Shown here piece by piece: positions 1-12,319 of a DNA stretch of 64,000 nucleotides. The stretch's first letter is position 1. Each line of letters begins with the position of its first letter. Location of the stretch: contig JAWSUS010000003.1 of NCBI GenBank assembly GCA_033549025.1, forward strand, positions 128,001 through 192,000, given 5' to 3'. Made by a program: the position numbers and the translations under genes. This stretch comes from Desulfuromonadales bacterium. GTDB lineage: Bacteria; Desulfobacterota; Desulfuromonadia; Desulfuromonadales; SZUA-540. The notes beneath the pieces were generated by a model that saw only the letters and a program-made list of their open reading frames with translations, made no database searches and had not been told where the DNA came from.

Positions 1-1071
1 TTCGACCGGAGGGGGGGCGCAGTAGACCTCTTTTACCAGGGGGAGCAAAGGCGAGAGAAGATCGGCAGGATTTCGGCCGGCCTTCATACCGAACACCCAG
101 CGAATCCCCGCAGGCCGCAGTGAGATGAGATATTCAGCCAGCACCTCGGCGCCGGCAGCGTTGTGGGCGCCATCCAGCAGGAGAAAGTTCCCGCCACCCC
201 ACCATTCCAAACGCCCCGGCCAGCGTACGCTCTCGACCCCGCGCCGAAGAGCCTCTTCGGGCAGAGCCACCCCTTGCTCGCGCAGGGCCAGAGCACCGGC
301 CAGAGCCTGCCCCATATTGTGCATCTGATGACGGCCGGGCAGGGCCGGCTTCACATTCTCCAGGCAGATCCCCTGGGCGGCAAAGGTAAATCGTCCCCCT
401 CGTGGGATAACGGTATAGTCGACCCCGGCCACCCAGGTGGGGCAGTTCTTTTGACCGGCCCGTGACAGAAGTACCTCCAGGGCGCTGTCATCCTGGCTAC
501 CAATGACTACCGGCACACCTTCTTTGAGAATGCCGGCTTTCTCGCCGGCGATGGAGGCGAGGTCTCCCCCCAGATGCTCGACATGGTCAAGACTGACCGG
601 GGTAATGAGGGTAAGTTGGGGCGTGACGGCGTTGGTTGCATCCAGCCGGCCGCCCATTCCGGTCTCCAGTATGGCAAAATCGACCTTTTGTCGGGAAAAA
701 TAAAGAAGAGCCAGCGCCGTGGTGAATTCGAAGAAGGTCGCCGGAACAGAGCTGGAAAAAGCCCTGATCTCTTCGGTCAGCGCACAGACATCGGCTTCCG
801 AGATAGGGCAACGGTCCACCTGGATGCGCTCAGTGAAGGAGTGCAGATGGGGGGAGGTGTAAAGGCCTGTTTTGTAGCCGGCCTGCCGAAGAATTTCCGC
901 CAGAGCGGCCGAAACCGAGCCCTTACCGTTGGTGCCAGCCACATGAATGACGGAGTAGGCCTTTTCGGGATGGTGCAAGGCATCCAGCAGGTTTTTTATA
1001 TTCTCGAGGCCGAGTTTGATACCAAACCGCTGAAGGCCGTACAGGTAATCAAGGCTCTCGCCGTAGTGCAC
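1..1071 (-). CDS. folC: Bifunctional folylpolyglutamate synthase/dihydrofolate synthase (3' end runs off window)
   Basis: Not in the ORF track. Manual translation from GTG at 1071 gives MHYGESLDYLYGLQRFGIKLGLENIKNLL...HVAGTNGKGS (FolC P-loop). Directly downstream of accD. Confidence 0.93.
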   Translation of the reverse strand, partial: MHYGESLDYLYGLQRFGIKLGLENIKNLLDALHHPEKAYSVIHVAGTNGKGSVSAALAEILRQAGYKTGLYTSPHLHSFTERIQVDRCPISEADVCALTEEIRAFSSSVPATFFEFTTALALLYFSRQKVDFAILETGMGGRLDATNAVTPQLTLITPVSLDHVEHLGGDLASIAGEKAGILKEGVPVVIGSQDDSALEVLLSRAGQKNCPTWVAGVDYTVIPRGGRFTFAAQGICLENVKPALPGRHQMHNMGQALAGALALREQGVALPEEALRRGVESVRWPGRLEWWGGGNFLLLDGAHNAAGAEVLAEYLISLRPAGIRWVFGMKAGRNPADLLSPLLPLVKEVYCAPPPVE

Positions 1072-1074
1072 CGG

Positions 1075-1923
1075 TCAGCTCTTGGTGAAAATACGTAAAA
1101 TCTGGCCAAGCCTCGCCTTCATTTCCTGGCGGCGGACGATCATGTCGACCATGCCATGCTCCAGCAGGTATTCGGAGCGCTGGAAACCTTCGGGGAGTTT
1201 CTGCCGGATCGTCTGCTCGATGACACGGGGGCCGGCAAAGCCGATGAGGGCCCGTGGTTCAGCCATATTGATATCCCCCAGCATGGCGAAACTGGCCGTC
1301 ACGCCACCGGTGGTGGGATCGGTCAGCACCGAAATAAAGGGGATGCCGGCTGCCTTGAGTTTAGCCAGCGCCGCACTGGTTTTGGCCATCTGCATGAGGG
1401 AGAGAATACTCTCCTGCATGCGGGCACCGCCGGAAGAGGAAAAAACGATCACCGGAGCTCTGTTCTCCAGTCCCTTTTCAATCGCCCGGGTGATCTTTTC
1501 ACCGACCACCGAGCCCATGCTGCCGCCCATGAAACCGAAATCGAAGACGGCCACCACCACGGCCAGCCCCTCGATGGTTCCCTCGCCGCAGACGACCGCG
1601 TCGCCGCCACCGCTCTTCTTGACGGCCGCCTTGATTCGCTCCTTGTATTTTTTGGAATCCTTGAAGTCGAGAAAGTCGACGGACTCCATGGCGGCATCCA
1701 TTTCGACAAAAGAGCCCTCGTCGAGGGTCAGCGCGATCCTCTCGCGGGCACTGATGCGAAAGTGATAGTCGCACTTCGGGCAGACATTGAGATTGCGCTC
1801 AATCTCCTTGGTATAGATAATCTCATTACAGTTTTTGCATTTGCTCCAGACGCCTTCGGGCATCTTAACTTTTTTCGTTTCAACCGGCGCAATGGGCGCT
1901 TTCGATTTTTTAAACCAGGACAT
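1075..1923 (-). CDS. accD: Acetyl-CoA carboxylase carboxyltransferase beta subunit
   Basis: Zn finger [18 protein letters not shown] and SGGARMQE motifs. Confidence 0.97.
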   Translation of the reverse strand: MSWFKKSKAPIAPVETKKVKMPEGVWSKCKNCNEIIYTKEIERNLNVCPKCDYHFRISARERIALTLDEGSFVEMDAAMESVDFLDFKDSKKYKERIKAAVKKSGGGDAVVCGEGTIEGLAVVVAVFDFGFMGGSMGSVVGEKITRAIEKGLENRAPVIVFSSSGGARMQESILSLMQMAKTSAALAKLKAAGIPFISVLTDPTTGGVTASFAMLGDINMAEPRALIGFAGPRVIEQTIRQKLPEGFQRSEYLLEHGMVDMIVRRQEMKARLGQILRIFTKS

Positions 1924-2083
1924 CTCGTTTCCTCATTTCTCCAGGGACCGGCAATCGCCTTCCCCTGCGAATAGGGCGCCATGACGTGCAGGCCCTGTCA
2001 TCTGACTGAGGCCTGAGCCGAAGCGCAGTCCGCAAAACGGCGGAGCGCTCTTGCGCTCTTCACTAACCCAGCTCCACCTTGTA

Positions 2084-2893
2084 TTAAGCCGTATATCCGG
2101 AACGAACACCTTCTTTGAGCGCCCTGACAAATTCCCGCACTCTCGATACCAGCTCAGGGGACTCCCCATAGGCCTCTATCACGCGGACCAGGGCGCTGCC
2201 AACCACCACGGCATCCGCAAAGCCTGCTACCGCCCTGGCGTCATCCGGAGTCGCGATGCCGAAACCAACGGCTATGGGAACGGGGCTCTTTGCCTTCAGC
2301 TCGGCGACACTCTCAGCAATAGCGGCCGCGTCGATAGTCCTGCTTCCCGTCACCCCGGTCATGGACACGTAATACAGGTATCCTTCTGCCGTCGCCGCCA
2401 GCCTCATGGCCCGGTCGCTGGGGGTTGTCGGCGCCAGCAGGGTGATCAGATGCAGGCCGGAGGACTGAAGAGCTTCACCGATCTCTTCCGCCTCTTCGGG
2501 AGGCAGATCGACCAGGAGAAGGCCATCGACTCCCGCCTTGGCCGCATCGGCGCAAAACCGTTCGGGACCATAGCGAAACACCTGATTGTAATAGCCCATC
2601 AACACAATAGGGATATTGGTGTGCTGCCGTACGCGCCGGACCGACTCAAGTATTCCCGCCAGGGTCGTACCGGCGGCCAGAGCCCGCTCGGAGGAGGCCT
2701 GAATGGTCGGGCCGTCGGCCATGGGATCGGAAAAAGGTACGCCGAGTTCGATAATATCAGCGCCGGCGTCCACTAGGGCATGGATCAACTCTTCCGTCCG
2801 GGCGAGATCTGGATCCCCTGCCGTCAGGAAGGGAACCAAAGCCCGCTCCCCCTTATTTTTCAGTTGCGCAAAGGTCGTTTCGATCCGCCCCAT
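2084..2893 (-). CDS. trpA: Tryptophan synthase alpha chain
   Basis: ELGVPFSDPMADGPTIQ and VGFGI motifs; start set at MGRIE, downstream of an AAAGG RBS. Confidence 0.97.
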   Translation of the reverse strand: MGRIETTFAQLKNKGERALVPFLTAGDPDLARTEELIHALVDAGADIIELGVPFSDPMADGPTIQASSERALAAGTTLAGILESVRRVRQHTNIPIVLMGYYNQVFRYGPERFCADAAKAGVDGLLLVDLPPEEAEEIGEALQSSGLHLITLLAPTTPSDRAMRLAATAEGYLYYVSMTGVTGSRTIDAAAIAESVAELKAKSPVPIAVGFGIATPDDARAVAGFADAVVVGSALVRVIEAYGESPELVSRVREFVRALKEGVRSGYTA

Positions 2894-2949
2894 GGTCATC
2901 CTTTTAGCCAGATTAAATTCCGTCAGTCTAATCGAACGCCGATTCCATT

Positions 2950-3630
2950 TCAACCGTTTTCTCCCGCAACCAGCTCCCGAACCCGACTCAGTAACTGCAG
3001 AAACATGTCGCTGGTTATGCGGCCCGTTTGTACATTATAGCGGCTGGTGTGGTAACTGGCCACCAGCACAGGTGCTCCCTCGGGCCGGTAAACGGCGCCA
3101 TGGGCAAAGGGGTAACGGGAAGCGCGGTCGATAATACCCTCTTCCACCAGATGCTTGAGAAAGCTGACAAAAGCCCCCTGCCCCAGCAGGACGACAACCT
3201 TGAGGCAAGACAGGGAGGCCAGCTCCTCGGCCAGATAAGGGCGGCAGCAGGCAAACTCGTCGGCGGTCGGCTTGTTCTGCGGAGGCAGGCATTTGACGGC
3301 ATTGCTGATATAGAGATCATGCAGGGTCAGACCGTCGCCGCGATGAGAAACCTCGCTTTGGTTGGCGAAACCGACCTTGTGCAGCAATGGGTACATAAAA
3401 TCGCCGGCGCCGTCACCTGTAAAGGGCCGTCCCGTCCGATTGGCGCCGTGCGCACCCGGAGCCAGCCCCACCAGAAAAACCCGGGCCAGCGGGTCACCAA
3501 ATCCGGGCACCGGGCGGTTCCAGTAGTCGGCGCGGTCATAACCCTTTTTGGGCGGCAGTTCGTCCATGCAGCGTCGGAGTCGACCGCAACGGGTACAGGT
3601 CAGCAACCCACGCATCTGCTCCCCTAGCAT
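2950..3630 (-). CDS. Uracil-DNA glycosylase, family 5 (UdgB-like, Fe-S)
   Basis: N-terminal CxxC; GLAPGAHGANRTGRPFTGD, KCLPPQNKP and SYHTS motifs. Confidence 0.9.
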   Translation of the reverse strand: MLGEQMRGLLTCTRCGRLRRCMDELPPKKGYDRADYWNRPVPGFGDPLARVFLVGLAPGAHGANRTGRPFTGDGAGDFMYPLLHKVGFANQSEVSHRGDGLTLHDLYISNAVKCLPPQNKPTADEFACCRPYLAEELASLSCLKVVVLLGQGAFVSFLKHLVEEGIIDRASRYPFAHGAVYRPEGAPVLVASYHTSRYNVQTGRITSDMFLQLLSRVRELVAGENG

Positions 3631-3706
3631 ATCGCCCCCCCCTGACCAAAAGTCCCGAGAGTCCAGAAAAGACCATCAAGCCCTGCGATTGGGTGCATGG
3701 TGTCCA

Positions 3707-4990
3707 TCACCCTTTAGGGGGAGCGCCCTTGTCCCCGGGCTTTTTCTTGCGGCGGCGGGGAGCGTGACGCGGCCGCTCCGACTTGCCGGGCCTGGCGGAT
3801 CGCTCCGGTACCGGGGCTTTTTTGCGCGGAGGGGCCTTTTTGTAATCCCAGACAAAATCGGCCTCAACGGGGAAGTCGCTGGGAACTTTATGGCCGATAT
3901 ATTCCTCGATTTCCGCCAGATGGTAGACGAGCTCCTCATCGGCAAAACTGATGGCCTTGCCCAGGGCTCCCGCCCGCGCCGTGCGACCGATGCGATGCAC
4001 GTAGTCTTCCGCATCCTGCGGCAGATCATAATTGATGACGTGGGTGACGCCATCGATGTGCAGGCCGCGAGAGGCCACATCCGTCGCCACCAGGAAATTG
4101 AGACGATCTTCCTTGAAGTCCTTGAGAATGCGCATCCGCTTGTTCTGGGGGATATCGCCTGAAATCACCGCGGCCTTGAAATCATTGGCCTTGAGACGGG
4201 CGGCCAGAAACTCCGCTTCACGCTTGGTGTTGACAAAAACCACGACCCGGTCGGCCCCGGGTTCTTTTTTCAGCAGGCCAAGCAGGAGGGGAAACTTCTC
4301 GCGCTGGGCCACATGGTAGACAATTTGCTCCACCCGTTCGGCGGTGACCTGCTCCGGCTCGATGCGCACCTTTTCCGCCAGATTCATGAATTCATAGGCC
4401 AATTCCATCACTCGCGGCGACAGCGTGGCGGAGAACAGGAAGGTCTGCCGTTTTTCAAAGGGGGGCAACTGGCGCAAAATGTAGCGCAGATCCTTGATGA
4501 AGCCCATGTCGAACATGCGATCGGCCTCGTCGATGACCAGGGATTCAACCTGGCGCAGGGAAAAGACCCGCTGTTTGGCATAGTCGATAAGACGGCCCGG
4601 GGTGGCGATAATGATATCGACGCCATCCTTGAGGGCCTGCCGCTGCTTGTCGTAATCCACCCCGCCGAAGATAGGTTGCAGGACGAAAGGGCAATGAGCG
4701 CCGAGGGCTTTGGCATCCTCCCAGATCTGCACGACCAATTCGCGGGTGGGAGCGAGAATGAGGGCGCGGGGGTTGTTGCCCGTGCGCTTTTCATTCTGTA
4801 GCAGGCGGGTAAAGAGAGAAATCAGAAAGGCGGCCGTCTTGCCGGTGCCGGTCTGCGCCTGGCCGGCGACATCATTGCCCGCCAGGGCCAGGGGAATAGA
4901 TTCTTCCTGGACGGCGGTCAGTTCGGTAAAGCCGACATCCTGAATGCCTTTGAGTACAGGTTCCGGCAGGTTGAGCTCGGTAAATTTCAT
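3707..4990 (-). CDS. DEAD-box ATP-dependent RNA helicase (RhlB-like)
   Basis: AQTGTGKT, PTREL, DEAD, SAT and HRIGRTAR motifs; basic C-terminal tail. Confidence 0.95.
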   Translation of the reverse strand: MKFTELNLPEPVLKGIQDVGFTELTAVQEESIPLALAGNDVAGQAQTGTGKTAAFLISLFTRLLQNEKRTGNNPRALILAPTRELVVQIWEDAKALGAHCPFVLQPIFGGVDYDKQRQALKDGVDIIIATPGRLIDYAKQRVFSLRQVESLVIDEADRMFDMGFIKDLRYILRQLPPFEKRQTFLFSATLSPRVMELAYEFMNLAEKVRIEPEQVTAERVEQIVYHVAQREKFPLLLGLLKKEPGADRVVVFVNTKREAEFLAARLKANDFKAAVISGDIPQNKRMRILKDFKEDRLNFLVATDVASRGLHIDGVTHVINYDLPQDAEDYVHRIGRTARAGALGKAISFADEELVYHLAEIEEYIGHKVPSDFPVEADFVWDYKKAPPRKKAPVPERSARPGKSERPRHAPRRRKKKPGDKGAPPKG

Positions 4991-5008
4991 GGTTTTCCTT
5001 ATGGTAAT

Positions 5009-6202
5009 CTAGAGTTCGACCCCCATGGCCTCGGCTACCGTGTGAATATCCTTGTCGCCACGCCCCGAGAGGCAGACCACGATGAGGGCCTCCTTGGGCA
5101 GACTCGGCGCCATTTTCACCACCTGGGCGATGGCATGGGAGCTTTCAAGAGCGGGGATGATCCCTTCCAACTCCGTCAGGAGGCGGAACGATTCAAGAGC
5201 CTCCTGATCCGTTATGGAAACGTACTCGGCACGGCCCAAGGCGTGTAGATGGGCGTGCTCCGGTCCTACTCCGGGGTAATCCAGGCCGGCGGAAATGGAG
5301 TGGGCGTGCTGAATCTGGCCGTGGTCATCCTGCAGCAGAAAGGTTTTGTTGCCGTGAAGCACGCCGACGCTGCCCGCGGAGATACTGGCGGCATGTTTGT
5401 CGGTATCGACGCCCAGTCCGGCGGCCTCCACACCGACCAGGCGCACATCCTTATCCTCGACAAAGGGGTAAAACAGGCCCATAGCGTTGGAACCGCCCCC
5501 GATGCAGGCAACGGCAATATCGGGCAGGCGCCCTTCGGCCGTCAGGATCTGTTCACGGGTCTCCCGCCCGATGACCGCCTGAAAATCACGCACGATCTGA
5601 GGGTAAGGGTGGGGGCCCGCCACGGTTCCGATGATGTAGAAGGTGTCGCGGACATGGGTCACCCAGTGGCGCAGGGCATCGTTCATGGCATCCTTGAGGG
5701 TCGCCGTGCCGCTGGTCACCCCATGCACCTTGGCACCGAGCAGTTTCATGCGAAAGACATTCAGGGCCTGACGGCGGATATCCTCCGTCCCCATGAAAAC
5801 CTCGCATTCCATTCCGAAAAGGGCAGCGACCGTCGCCGTCGCCACACCGTGCTGGCCCGCCCCTGTTTCGGCAATCACCTTTTTCTTGCCCATGCGACGC
5901 GCCAACAGCGCCTGCCCGACCGTATTGTTCACCTTGTGGGCGCCGGTGTGATTGAGGTCTTCACGCTTGAGATAGATTTTGGCGCCACCGAGATGTTCGG
6001 TCAGGCGGCTGGCGAAGTAGAGGGGGCTGGGCCGCCCGACATAGTGCTGAAGATAGTACGAAAACTCCTGCTGGAAGGAGGGGTCGGCCAGGGCCTGGCG
6101 ATAGGCCTCTTCCAACTCGAGCAGAGCGGGCATCAAGGTTTCTGCGACGTAACGGCCACCGAACTGTCCAAAGTGGCCTCGTTCATCAGGGTAATGATAC
6201 AT
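5009..6202 (-). CDS. trpB: Tryptophan synthase beta chain (TrpB1)
   Basis: [12 protein letters not shown] (PLP lysine), [21 protein letters not shown]. Confidence 0.98.
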   Translation of the reverse strand: MYHYPDERGHFGQFGGRYVAETLMPALLELEEAYRQALADPSFQQEFSYYLQHYVGRPSPLYFASRLTEHLGGAKIYLKREDLNHTGAHKVNNTVGQALLARRMGKKKVIAETGAGQHGVATATVAALFGMECEVFMGTEDIRRQALNVFRMKLLGAKVHGVTSGTATLKDAMNDALRHWVTHVRDTFYIIGTVAGPHPYPQIVRDFQAVIGRETREQILTAEGRLPDIAVACIGGGSNAMGLFYPFVEDKDVRLVGVEAAGLGVDTDKHAASISAGSVGVLHGNKTFLLQDDHGQIQHAHSISAGLDYPGVGPEHAHLHALGRAEYVSITDQEALESFRLLTELEGIIPALESSHAIAQVVKMAPSLPKEALIVVCLSGRGDKDIHTVAEAMGVEL

Positions 6203-6205
6203 GGG

Positions 6206-6847
6206 TCAATCCGTCCTTTTTTTGGCGCGGCGCACAAAAGCGGCCACCTTGTTCGGGTCCTTGCGTCCCGGTGAGCTCTCGACCCCACTGGAGACATCCA
6301 CAGCGTAGGGCCGCACACGTTGGACGGCGTCAGCCACATTCTCCGGCGTCAACCCGCCGGCCAGAATGACGGGATAACGCGAAGCCGCCTCGGCCGCGAG
6401 GTCCCAATTGAAACGATGCCCGGTGCCGCCATAGCTCCCGGCGACGTAGGAGTCGAGCAGAAAAGCCGAAACCTCATAGGCAGGCAGGGTGGACAGGCTG
6501 TTTTGGTCCTGCACCCTGAAAGCCTTGATCACGCGATGCGGCGGCAGGACACAATCAGCCGGAGCCTCATCCCCATGAAGCTGCGCGACATCCAGACCAC
6601 AGATGTCGAGGATTTCAGTCACACGAGAGGGGTCTTCATTGACAAAGAGTCCCACCGTGGTGACAAAGGGCGGCAGCGTCGCCACGATCCGCTTCACATC
6701 CTGGGGACGCACACAACGGGGACTGCCCGCATAAAAAACAAAACCCAAGGCATCGGCGCCGCATCGCGCGGCCATCAGCGCATCTTCTATGCACGTGATG
6801 CCGCAGACTTTAACCCGAACCTTCGCGTCTATGGGTTCCCCACTCAC
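6206..6847 (-). CDS. trpF: Phosphoribosylanthranilate isomerase
   Basis: VKVCGIT, QLHGDE, LAGGLTPENV, DVSSGVE. Confidence 0.97.
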   Translation of the reverse strand: MSGEPIDAKVRVKVCGITCIEDALMAARCGADALGFVFYAGSPRCVRPQDVKRIVATLPPFVTTVGLFVNEDPSRVTEILDICGLDVAQLHGDEAPADCVLPPHRVIKAFRVQDQNSLSTLPAYEVSAFLLDSYVAGSYGGTGHRFNWDLAAEAASRYPVILAGGLTPENVADAVQRVRPYAVDVSSGVESSPGRKDPNKVAAFVRRAKKRTD

Positions 6848-8200
6848 CTAGTCGACCTTCGGCAGATTGGCCAAAGACGCCTTGATGCTTTCTTCAGGAT
6901 AATCATAATCCTTGAGCTCACCGGAAAAGTAGGCGTCGTAGGCGGCCATATCGACGTGGCCATGGCCGGAAAGGTTGAAGAGGATGGTCTTCTCCTTGCC
7001 TTCCTCCTTGGCCTGCAGCGCTTCGTCGACAGCGCCGCGGATGGCGTGACTCGACTCGGGGGCGGGAATAATCCCCTCGGTGCGGGAGAAGAGAACGGCC
7101 GCTTCAAAACAGGCCAGCTGGGGCACTGCCCTGGCATCGACGATACCGGCATGGACCAGTTGGGATACCAGCGGCGAGGCCCCATGGTAGCGCAGCCCAC
7201 CGGCATGGATGCCCGGCGGCATGAAATCATGCCCCAGAGTGTACATCTTGGCGACCGGAGCCATCTTGGCGGTATCCCCATAGTCAAAGGCATAGACACC
7301 GCTGGTGAGGGTGGGACAACTCGCCGGTTCCACCGCCACCACGCGCACATCCTTGCCGTTGGCCTTGTCGGCGACGAAGGGGAAAGCGATGCCGGCAAAG
7401 TTGGAGCCCCCACCATGGCAGCCGATGACGACGTCAGGATAGTCCCCCACCATGGCCAACTGCTCCTTGGCCTCAATACCGATGATGGTCTGGTGCAGGC
7501 ACACATGATTGAGGACGCTGCCCAGGGCATAGCGGGTATCTTCATGGGTGACAGCATCCTCCACCGCCTCACTGATCGCCATGCCGAGGGAGCCATTGCT
7601 GTCCGGGTCCTTGGCCAGGATCTCACGGCCGGCGTTGGTGCGGTCTGAGGGAGAAGGGATGACCTCGGCCCCCCAGAGCTGCATCATGCTCTTGCGGTAA
7701 GGCTTCTGGGCGTAGGAAACCTTAACCATATAAACCGTACATTCGAGCCCGAACATCTGGCAGGCCAGGGAGATGGAAGAGCCCCACTGCCCCGCCCCCG
7801 TCTCCGTGGCGATGCGGCGGGTTCCCGCCATTTTGTTGTAGTAGGCCTGAGGCACGGCGCTGTTTGGCTTGTGCGATCCGGCGGGGGAGCCCCCTTCGTA
7901 TTTGTAATAAATGCGGGCCGGCGTACCGAGTGCTTTTTCCAGACGATGGGCCCGGAACATCGGCGCCGGGCGCCAAATCTGGTAGATTTCACGCACCGCT
8001 TCCGGAATATCAATCCAGCGCTGACTGGAAACCTCCTGCTCAATCAGCGCCATGGGAAAGATGGGCAGCAGATCATCGGGGGCCACGGGTTGCATGGTGC
8101 CCGGATGAATCACCGGCGCCAACGGACCCGGCATGTCTGGAATAATATTGTACCACTGCTTCGGAATGCGATCTTCAGGAAGAAGAATCTTGGTCTGCAT
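6848..8200 (-). CDS. trpB2: TrpB-like PLP enzyme (TrpB2)
   Basis: [39 protein letters not shown]; start at MQTKILL, downstream of AGGAG. Confidence 0.95.
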   Translation of the reverse strand: MQTKILLPEDRIPKQWYNIIPDMPGPLAPVIHPGTMQPVAPDDLLPIFPMALIEQEVSSQRWIDIPEAVREIYQIWRPAPMFRAHRLEKALGTPARIYYKYEGGSPAGSHKPNSAVPQAYYNKMAGTRRIATETGAGQWGSSISLACQMFGLECTVYMVKVSYAQKPYRKSMMQLWGAEVIPSPSDRTNAGREILAKDPDSNGSLGMAISEAVEDAVTHEDTRYALGSVLNHVCLHQTIIGIEAKEQLAMVGDYPDVVIGCHGGGSNFAGIAFPFVADKANGKDVRVVAVEPASCPTLTSGVYAFDYGDTAKMAPVAKMYTLGHDFMPPGIHAGGLRYHGASPLVSQLVHAGIVDARAVPQLACFEAAVLFSRTEGIIPAPESSHAIRGAVDEALQAKEEGKEKTILFNLSGHGHVDMAAYDAYFSGELKDYDYPEESIKASLANLPKVD

Positions 8201-8290
8201 GATATCTCCTTGAAATGACAGAGCAGGCACAGGGCCATGCCCCCATGCCGCGCCTGAACAGAAAAACAGGATCCGTCGGGCAGCCGTCGG

Positions 8291-9091
8291 TTATCCCAAA
8301 AGTTCCTCTAGCTTGCCGCCCATGTCCGCCTCGCGCATGAGCGATTCTCCCACCAAAAAAGCGCCTGCTCCCGCCCGCAGCAGGCGTTCGACGTCACCAC
8401 GACTGTTGATACCGCTTTCCGACACCACCAGCCGGCCCGTCGGCACCAGGGGCCGCAGTCGCTCCGTGGTCGCCAGATCGGTGACAAAAGTATGCAGCGA
8501 GCGGTTATTGATGCCGATCAGCCTGCAGTCGGTCTGAAGAGCCCGCTCCAGCTCTGCTTCATCATGGACTTCCAGCAGGACGTCGAGCTGCAGTTCAGCC
8601 GCCAGGGCGGAAAACTCCTGCAACTGAGGTACGTCGAGCATGGCCGCGATCAGGAGGATGGCATCGGCGCCATAGGCCCGCGCCTCGTAAATCTGATAGG
8701 GGTCGAAGATGAAGTCCTTGCGCAGCAGGGGCAAGCTGACCTGTTCCCGAACCAGACCGAGATAATGGAGATGTCCCTGGAAAAATGTCGACTCCGTAAG
8801 AACAGAAAGACAGGTTGCTCCGTGGTCCTGATAAACTTCCGCAATCTCCAGGGGATCGAAATCAGTGCGGATTATCCCCTTGGAGGGCGAGGCCTTCTTT
8901 ATTTCGGCAATGATGGCCGTACCGCCCGACTCCGCCATGACGCCCAGCGCCTGCGCAAAGCCCCGGGGCGTGTCTTCGACCAGAGAGAGCCGGTCGAGCA
9001 GGCGTTCCAAAGGGAATTGGCTTTTGGCTGCCGCCACCTCTTCACGTTTGCGGTCGACAATTTTTTTCAGAATATCGGGGGTAGCGATCAT
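8291..9091 (-). CDS. trpC: Indole-3-glycerol phosphate synthase
   Basis: IAEIKKASPSKG, LRKDFI, GINNR, SESGI; start trimmed to MIATPDILKKI. Confidence 0.96.
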   Translation of the reverse strand: MIATPDILKKIVDRKREEVAAAKSQFPLERLLDRLSLVEDTPRGFAQALGVMAESGGTAIIAEIKKASPSKGIIRTDFDPLEIAEVYQDHGATCLSVLTESTFFQGHLHYLGLVREQVSLPLLRKDFIFDPYQIYEARAYGADAILLIAAMLDVPQLQEFSALAAELQLDVLLEVHDEAELERALQTDCRLIGINNRSLHTFVTDLATTERLRPLVPTGRLVVSESGINSRGDVERLLRAGAGAFLVGESLMREADMGGKLEELLG

Positions 9092-9140
9092 GAATTCATC
9101 CCGAGGACGGCGGTCGTCCAGAATATGAGCTTTTTCCAGG

Positions 9141-10190
9141 CTACTGGGCCATTTTGACCAATTTATCCAGCTTCTGCAAGGCCTGCCTCGAGTCAATGGC
9201 AGCGGCCGCCATGGCCAGACCATCGGCCGGCGTTTCAACCTTGCCGGCAGCACACAGGGCGTAGGCAGCATTGAGCAGAACGATATCCCGTTTGGGCCCT
9301 TTTTCGCCGGAGAGAACGGCTCGTACAATTTTGGCATTACCCTGGGCATTGCCGCCGCGGAGATCTTCCATGGTGCAGCGTGTCAGCCCGAATTCCTCCG
9401 GCGTGATGCGCTTCACCTGCACACCGCTCTCGTCCACCGTGGCCACAACGGTCGCATCGGTCAGAGTAATCTCATCCATGCCATCGAGACCATGAACAAC
9501 AAAACCGCGCCGGCAGCCCAGTTTATGCAGCACCCAGCCCAGGGTCTCGACCATATCCTCGCGGTAAACCCCCATAACCTGACAATCGGCTTTCGCCGGA
9601 TTGGTCAACGGTCCAAGAATATTGAAGATGGTGCGAATGCCGATCTCTTTCCGGGGACCGATGGCGTGCTTCATGGCCCCATGAAGCGCCGGAGCAAAAA
9701 GAAAGCCGACACCGATTTCATTAACACAGCGTTCGACGACATCCGGAGTGACGTCGAGGTTGACACCGAGGGCCTCCAGGACGTCGGCACTGCCGCAGGC
9801 CGACGAAACGGAACGATTCCCGTGTTTCGCTACTTTAACACCACAGGCGGAAACGACAAAGGAAACGGTGGTCGAGATATTGAAGGTATTGGTGCAGTCT
9901 CCACCCGTACCCACCACATCCAGGATGGTTTCCTGATCGATATTAATATCATCGCGGTCAATATCCAGGACGTTGCGCCCAACCCGGATCGGCGTCGCCC
10001 TCTCCCGCATGACTTTAGCCGCACCGGTGATTTCATCAACCGTCTCCCCCTTCATGCGCAGGGCGGTGATAAAAGACCCGATCTGAGCCGGGGTCGCTCC
10101 TCCCGACATAATCTGATCCATCACGTCCACCATCTCTCCCATGGTGAGATCCTGGTGTTCGACTACTTTGGCAATAGCCATTTTGATCAT
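9141..10190 (-). CDS. trpD: Anthranilate phosphoribosyltransferase
   Basis: [27 protein letters not shown]. Confidence 0.97.
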   Translation of the reverse strand: MIKMAIAKVVEHQDLTMGEMVDVMDQIMSGGATPAQIGSFITALRMKGETVDEITGAAKVMRERATPIRVGRNVLDIDRDDINIDQETILDVVGTGGDCTNTFNISTTVSFVVSACGVKVAKHGNRSVSSACGSADVLEALGVNLDVTPDVVERCVNEIGVGFLFAPALHGAMKHAIGPRKEIGIRTIFNILGPLTNPAKADCQVMGVYREDMVETLGWVLHKLGCRRGFVVHGLDGMDEITLTDATVVATVDESGVQVKRITPEEFGLTRCTMEDLRGGNAQGNAKIVRAVLSGEKGPKRDIVLLNAAYALCAAGKVETPADGLAMAAAAIDSRQALQKLDKLVKMAQ

Positions 10191-10247
10191 GGCAACTCCT
10201 TCGGCTGAAACAGGGGAATCTTTTGTATCCCCCGGCTCGCCCTCTGG

Positions 10248-10814
10248 TCAGGTCATTTTCAGAAAATTGGCAAGCAACGTCTTACCCTCGGCCGTCAGAA
10301 TGGACTCGGGATGGAACTGCACTCCCCACAGGGGCCGCTGACGGTGTTCGAGTCCCATGATGGTGCCGTCATCCACCCAGGCGGTCACGTGCAAGCAATC
10401 CGGCAGACTCTCCCGTTCAACGATCAAGGAGTGATAACGAGTGGCCACAAAAGGATTGGACAGCCCGGCAAAGACGCCACTGTTGTCGTGCCGTATCAGG
10501 CTGGTCTTTCCGTGCATAAGCTCGGCAGCCCTGACCACCTTTCCCCCAAAAGCGTAGCCGATGGACTGATGTCCCAGGCAGACGCCGAGCATGGGGATGG
10601 AATCCGACAGCGTCTTTATCAGCTCAACCGAGATGCCCGCTTCGGTCGGAGAACAAGGTCCCGGAGAAATAACGATGCGGCGGGGCCTGAGGGCAGCAAT
10701 TTCACCAATTGTTATCTGGTCGTTGCGGCGCACCACGACCTCTGCCCCCAACTCCTGCAGATACTGGACGAGGTTGTAGGTAAAAGAATCGTAGTTGTCC
10801 AGCATCAGCAGCAT
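10248..10814 (-). CDS. trpG: Anthranilate synthase component II (glutamine amidotransferase)
   Basis: [27 protein letters not shown]. Confidence 0.96.
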   Translation of the reverse strand: MLLMLDNYDSFTYNLVQYLQELGAEVVVRRNDQITIGEIAALRPRRIVISPGPCSPTEAGISVELIKTLSDSIPMLGVCLGHQSIGYAFGGKVVRAAELMHGKTSLIRHDNSGVFAGLSNPFVATRYHSLIVERESLPDCLHVTAWVDDGTIMGLEHRQRPLWGVQFHPESILTAEGKTLLANFLKMT

Positions 10815-12292
10815 CAGTCCAGACCTCCACAGGCCATGTCAATCGCCTTGCGAACCCCCATGGCTTTATTGATTGTCTCCTGATACTCAGCCTCTGGATC
10901 CGAGTCAGCCACGATGCCGGCGCCAGCCTGCAGATAGATTTTGCCTTCGTGCACCACCAGAGTACGGATGGCGATAGCCATATCCATATTGCCCGAAAAG
11001 GAAAAGTAACCGACCGCACCGCCGTATATCTCGCGTCGACAGGGCTCGAGTTCATCGATTATTTCCATGGCTCTAATCTTGGGTGCCCCGGACAGGGTCC
11101 CGGCCGGAAAAGCCGCCCGAAAAACGTCGAAGGCATCCTGCCCTTCCTCCAATTGCCCACGGACGTTGGAAACAATGTGCATGACATGGGAGTAACGCTC
11201 GACCACCATCAATTCACTGACTTCAACGGTACCAGGACGGGAAACACGACCCACGTCATTGCGACCGAGATCGACCAGCATGATGTGCTCGGCCCTTTCT
11301 TTGGGGTCTTTGAGCAATTCTTGCTCTAGGCGCCTGTCTTCTTCTGGCGTAGTCCCCCTGGGTCTGGTCCCGGCGATGGGGCGTACTTCGATACGATCCT
11401 CTTCCTTGCGAACAAGGACTTCCGGAGAGGCGCCTATCACCATGGTGGAACCGAAGCGTAAGAAGAACATATACGGGGAAGGATTAATCGTACGAAGAGC
11501 GCGGTAGATGTCGAAGGGATCACAGACCAGATCGCCGGAAAAGCGCTGAGACAGCACCACCTGAAAAATATCTCCAGCCCGAATATACTCTTTGCACTGC
11601 TCAACAGCGGCCTGAAAGGCGCCGGCAGGGAAATTGACGTCCAGCGGACTTCCTGCAACGGCAGTCTTTGCCATCCGCGGAGCCGAGCCGACGCGAAGCT
11701 TTTCGACAAGAGCATCGACACCGGCCAGTCCCCGTCGGTAGGCGACATCGGCGTCCTCACCCGGCTGTACGTGAACATTGCAGACAACCTTGATCTTCTG
11801 ACGCATGTTGTCAAAAATGAGCAATTGCTCGGTCAACATGAAGCATGAGTCAGGCGCGCCAATACACTTCGGGTTGGTATCCGGAAGACGTTCGATAAAA
11901 CGAATCATATCGTAGCCGAGATAGCCGACAGCGCCACCAAAAAAACGGGGCAATTCAGGTAGGTCTACGGGTCGATAAGGTGCCAGGAATTGGCGGAGTT
12001 CATCGAGAGGATCCGATGTCTCACCAGAACGGAGAATGGAGTCTCCCTCAAGAATCTCGAAATAATGCCCACTGGAACGAAAAACCTTGGCGGGACCACT
12101 CCCCAAAAAGGAGTATCGGGCCCACTTCTCCCCCCCCTCGATACTTTCGAGCAAAAAAGAGGTCTGACCATCATCAATTTTACGAAAGGCGGAAACAGGC
12201 GTTTCCATATCGGCGAGAATATCGCGGCAGACAGGAATAAGATTGCCTTCTCGGGTCAGGGAACGGAACTGTTCCAAAGAAGGATAATACAT
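10814..12292 (-). CDS. trpE: Anthranilate synthase component I
   Basis: [31 protein letters not shown]. Confidence 0.97.
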   Translation of the reverse strand: MYYPSLEQFRSLTREGNLIPVCRDILADMETPVSAFRKIDDGQTSFLLESIEGGEKWARYSFLGSGPAKVFRSSGHYFEILEGDSILRSGETSDPLDELRQFLAPYRPVDLPELPRFFGGAVGYLGYDMIRFIERLPDTNPKCIGAPDSCFMLTEQLLIFDNMRQKIKVVCNVHVQPGEDADVAYRRGLAGVDALVEKLRVGSAPRMAKTAVAGSPLDVNFPAGAFQAAVEQCKEYIRAGDIFQVVLSQRFSGDLVCDPFDIYRALRTINPSPYMFFLRFGSTMVIGASPEVLVRKEEDRIEVRPIAGTRPRGTTPEEDRRLEQELLKDPKERAEHIMLVDLGRNDVGRVSRPGTVEVSELMVVERYSHVMHIVSNVRGQLEEGQDAFDVFRAAFPAGTLSGAPKIRAMEIIDELEPCRREIYGGAVGYFSFSGNMDMAIAIRTLVVHEGKIYLQAGAGIVADSDPEAEYQETINKAMGVRKAIDMACGGLD

Positions 12293-12319
12293 CGGGACTC
12301 CAAGGGAAAAAGGTGGGAC

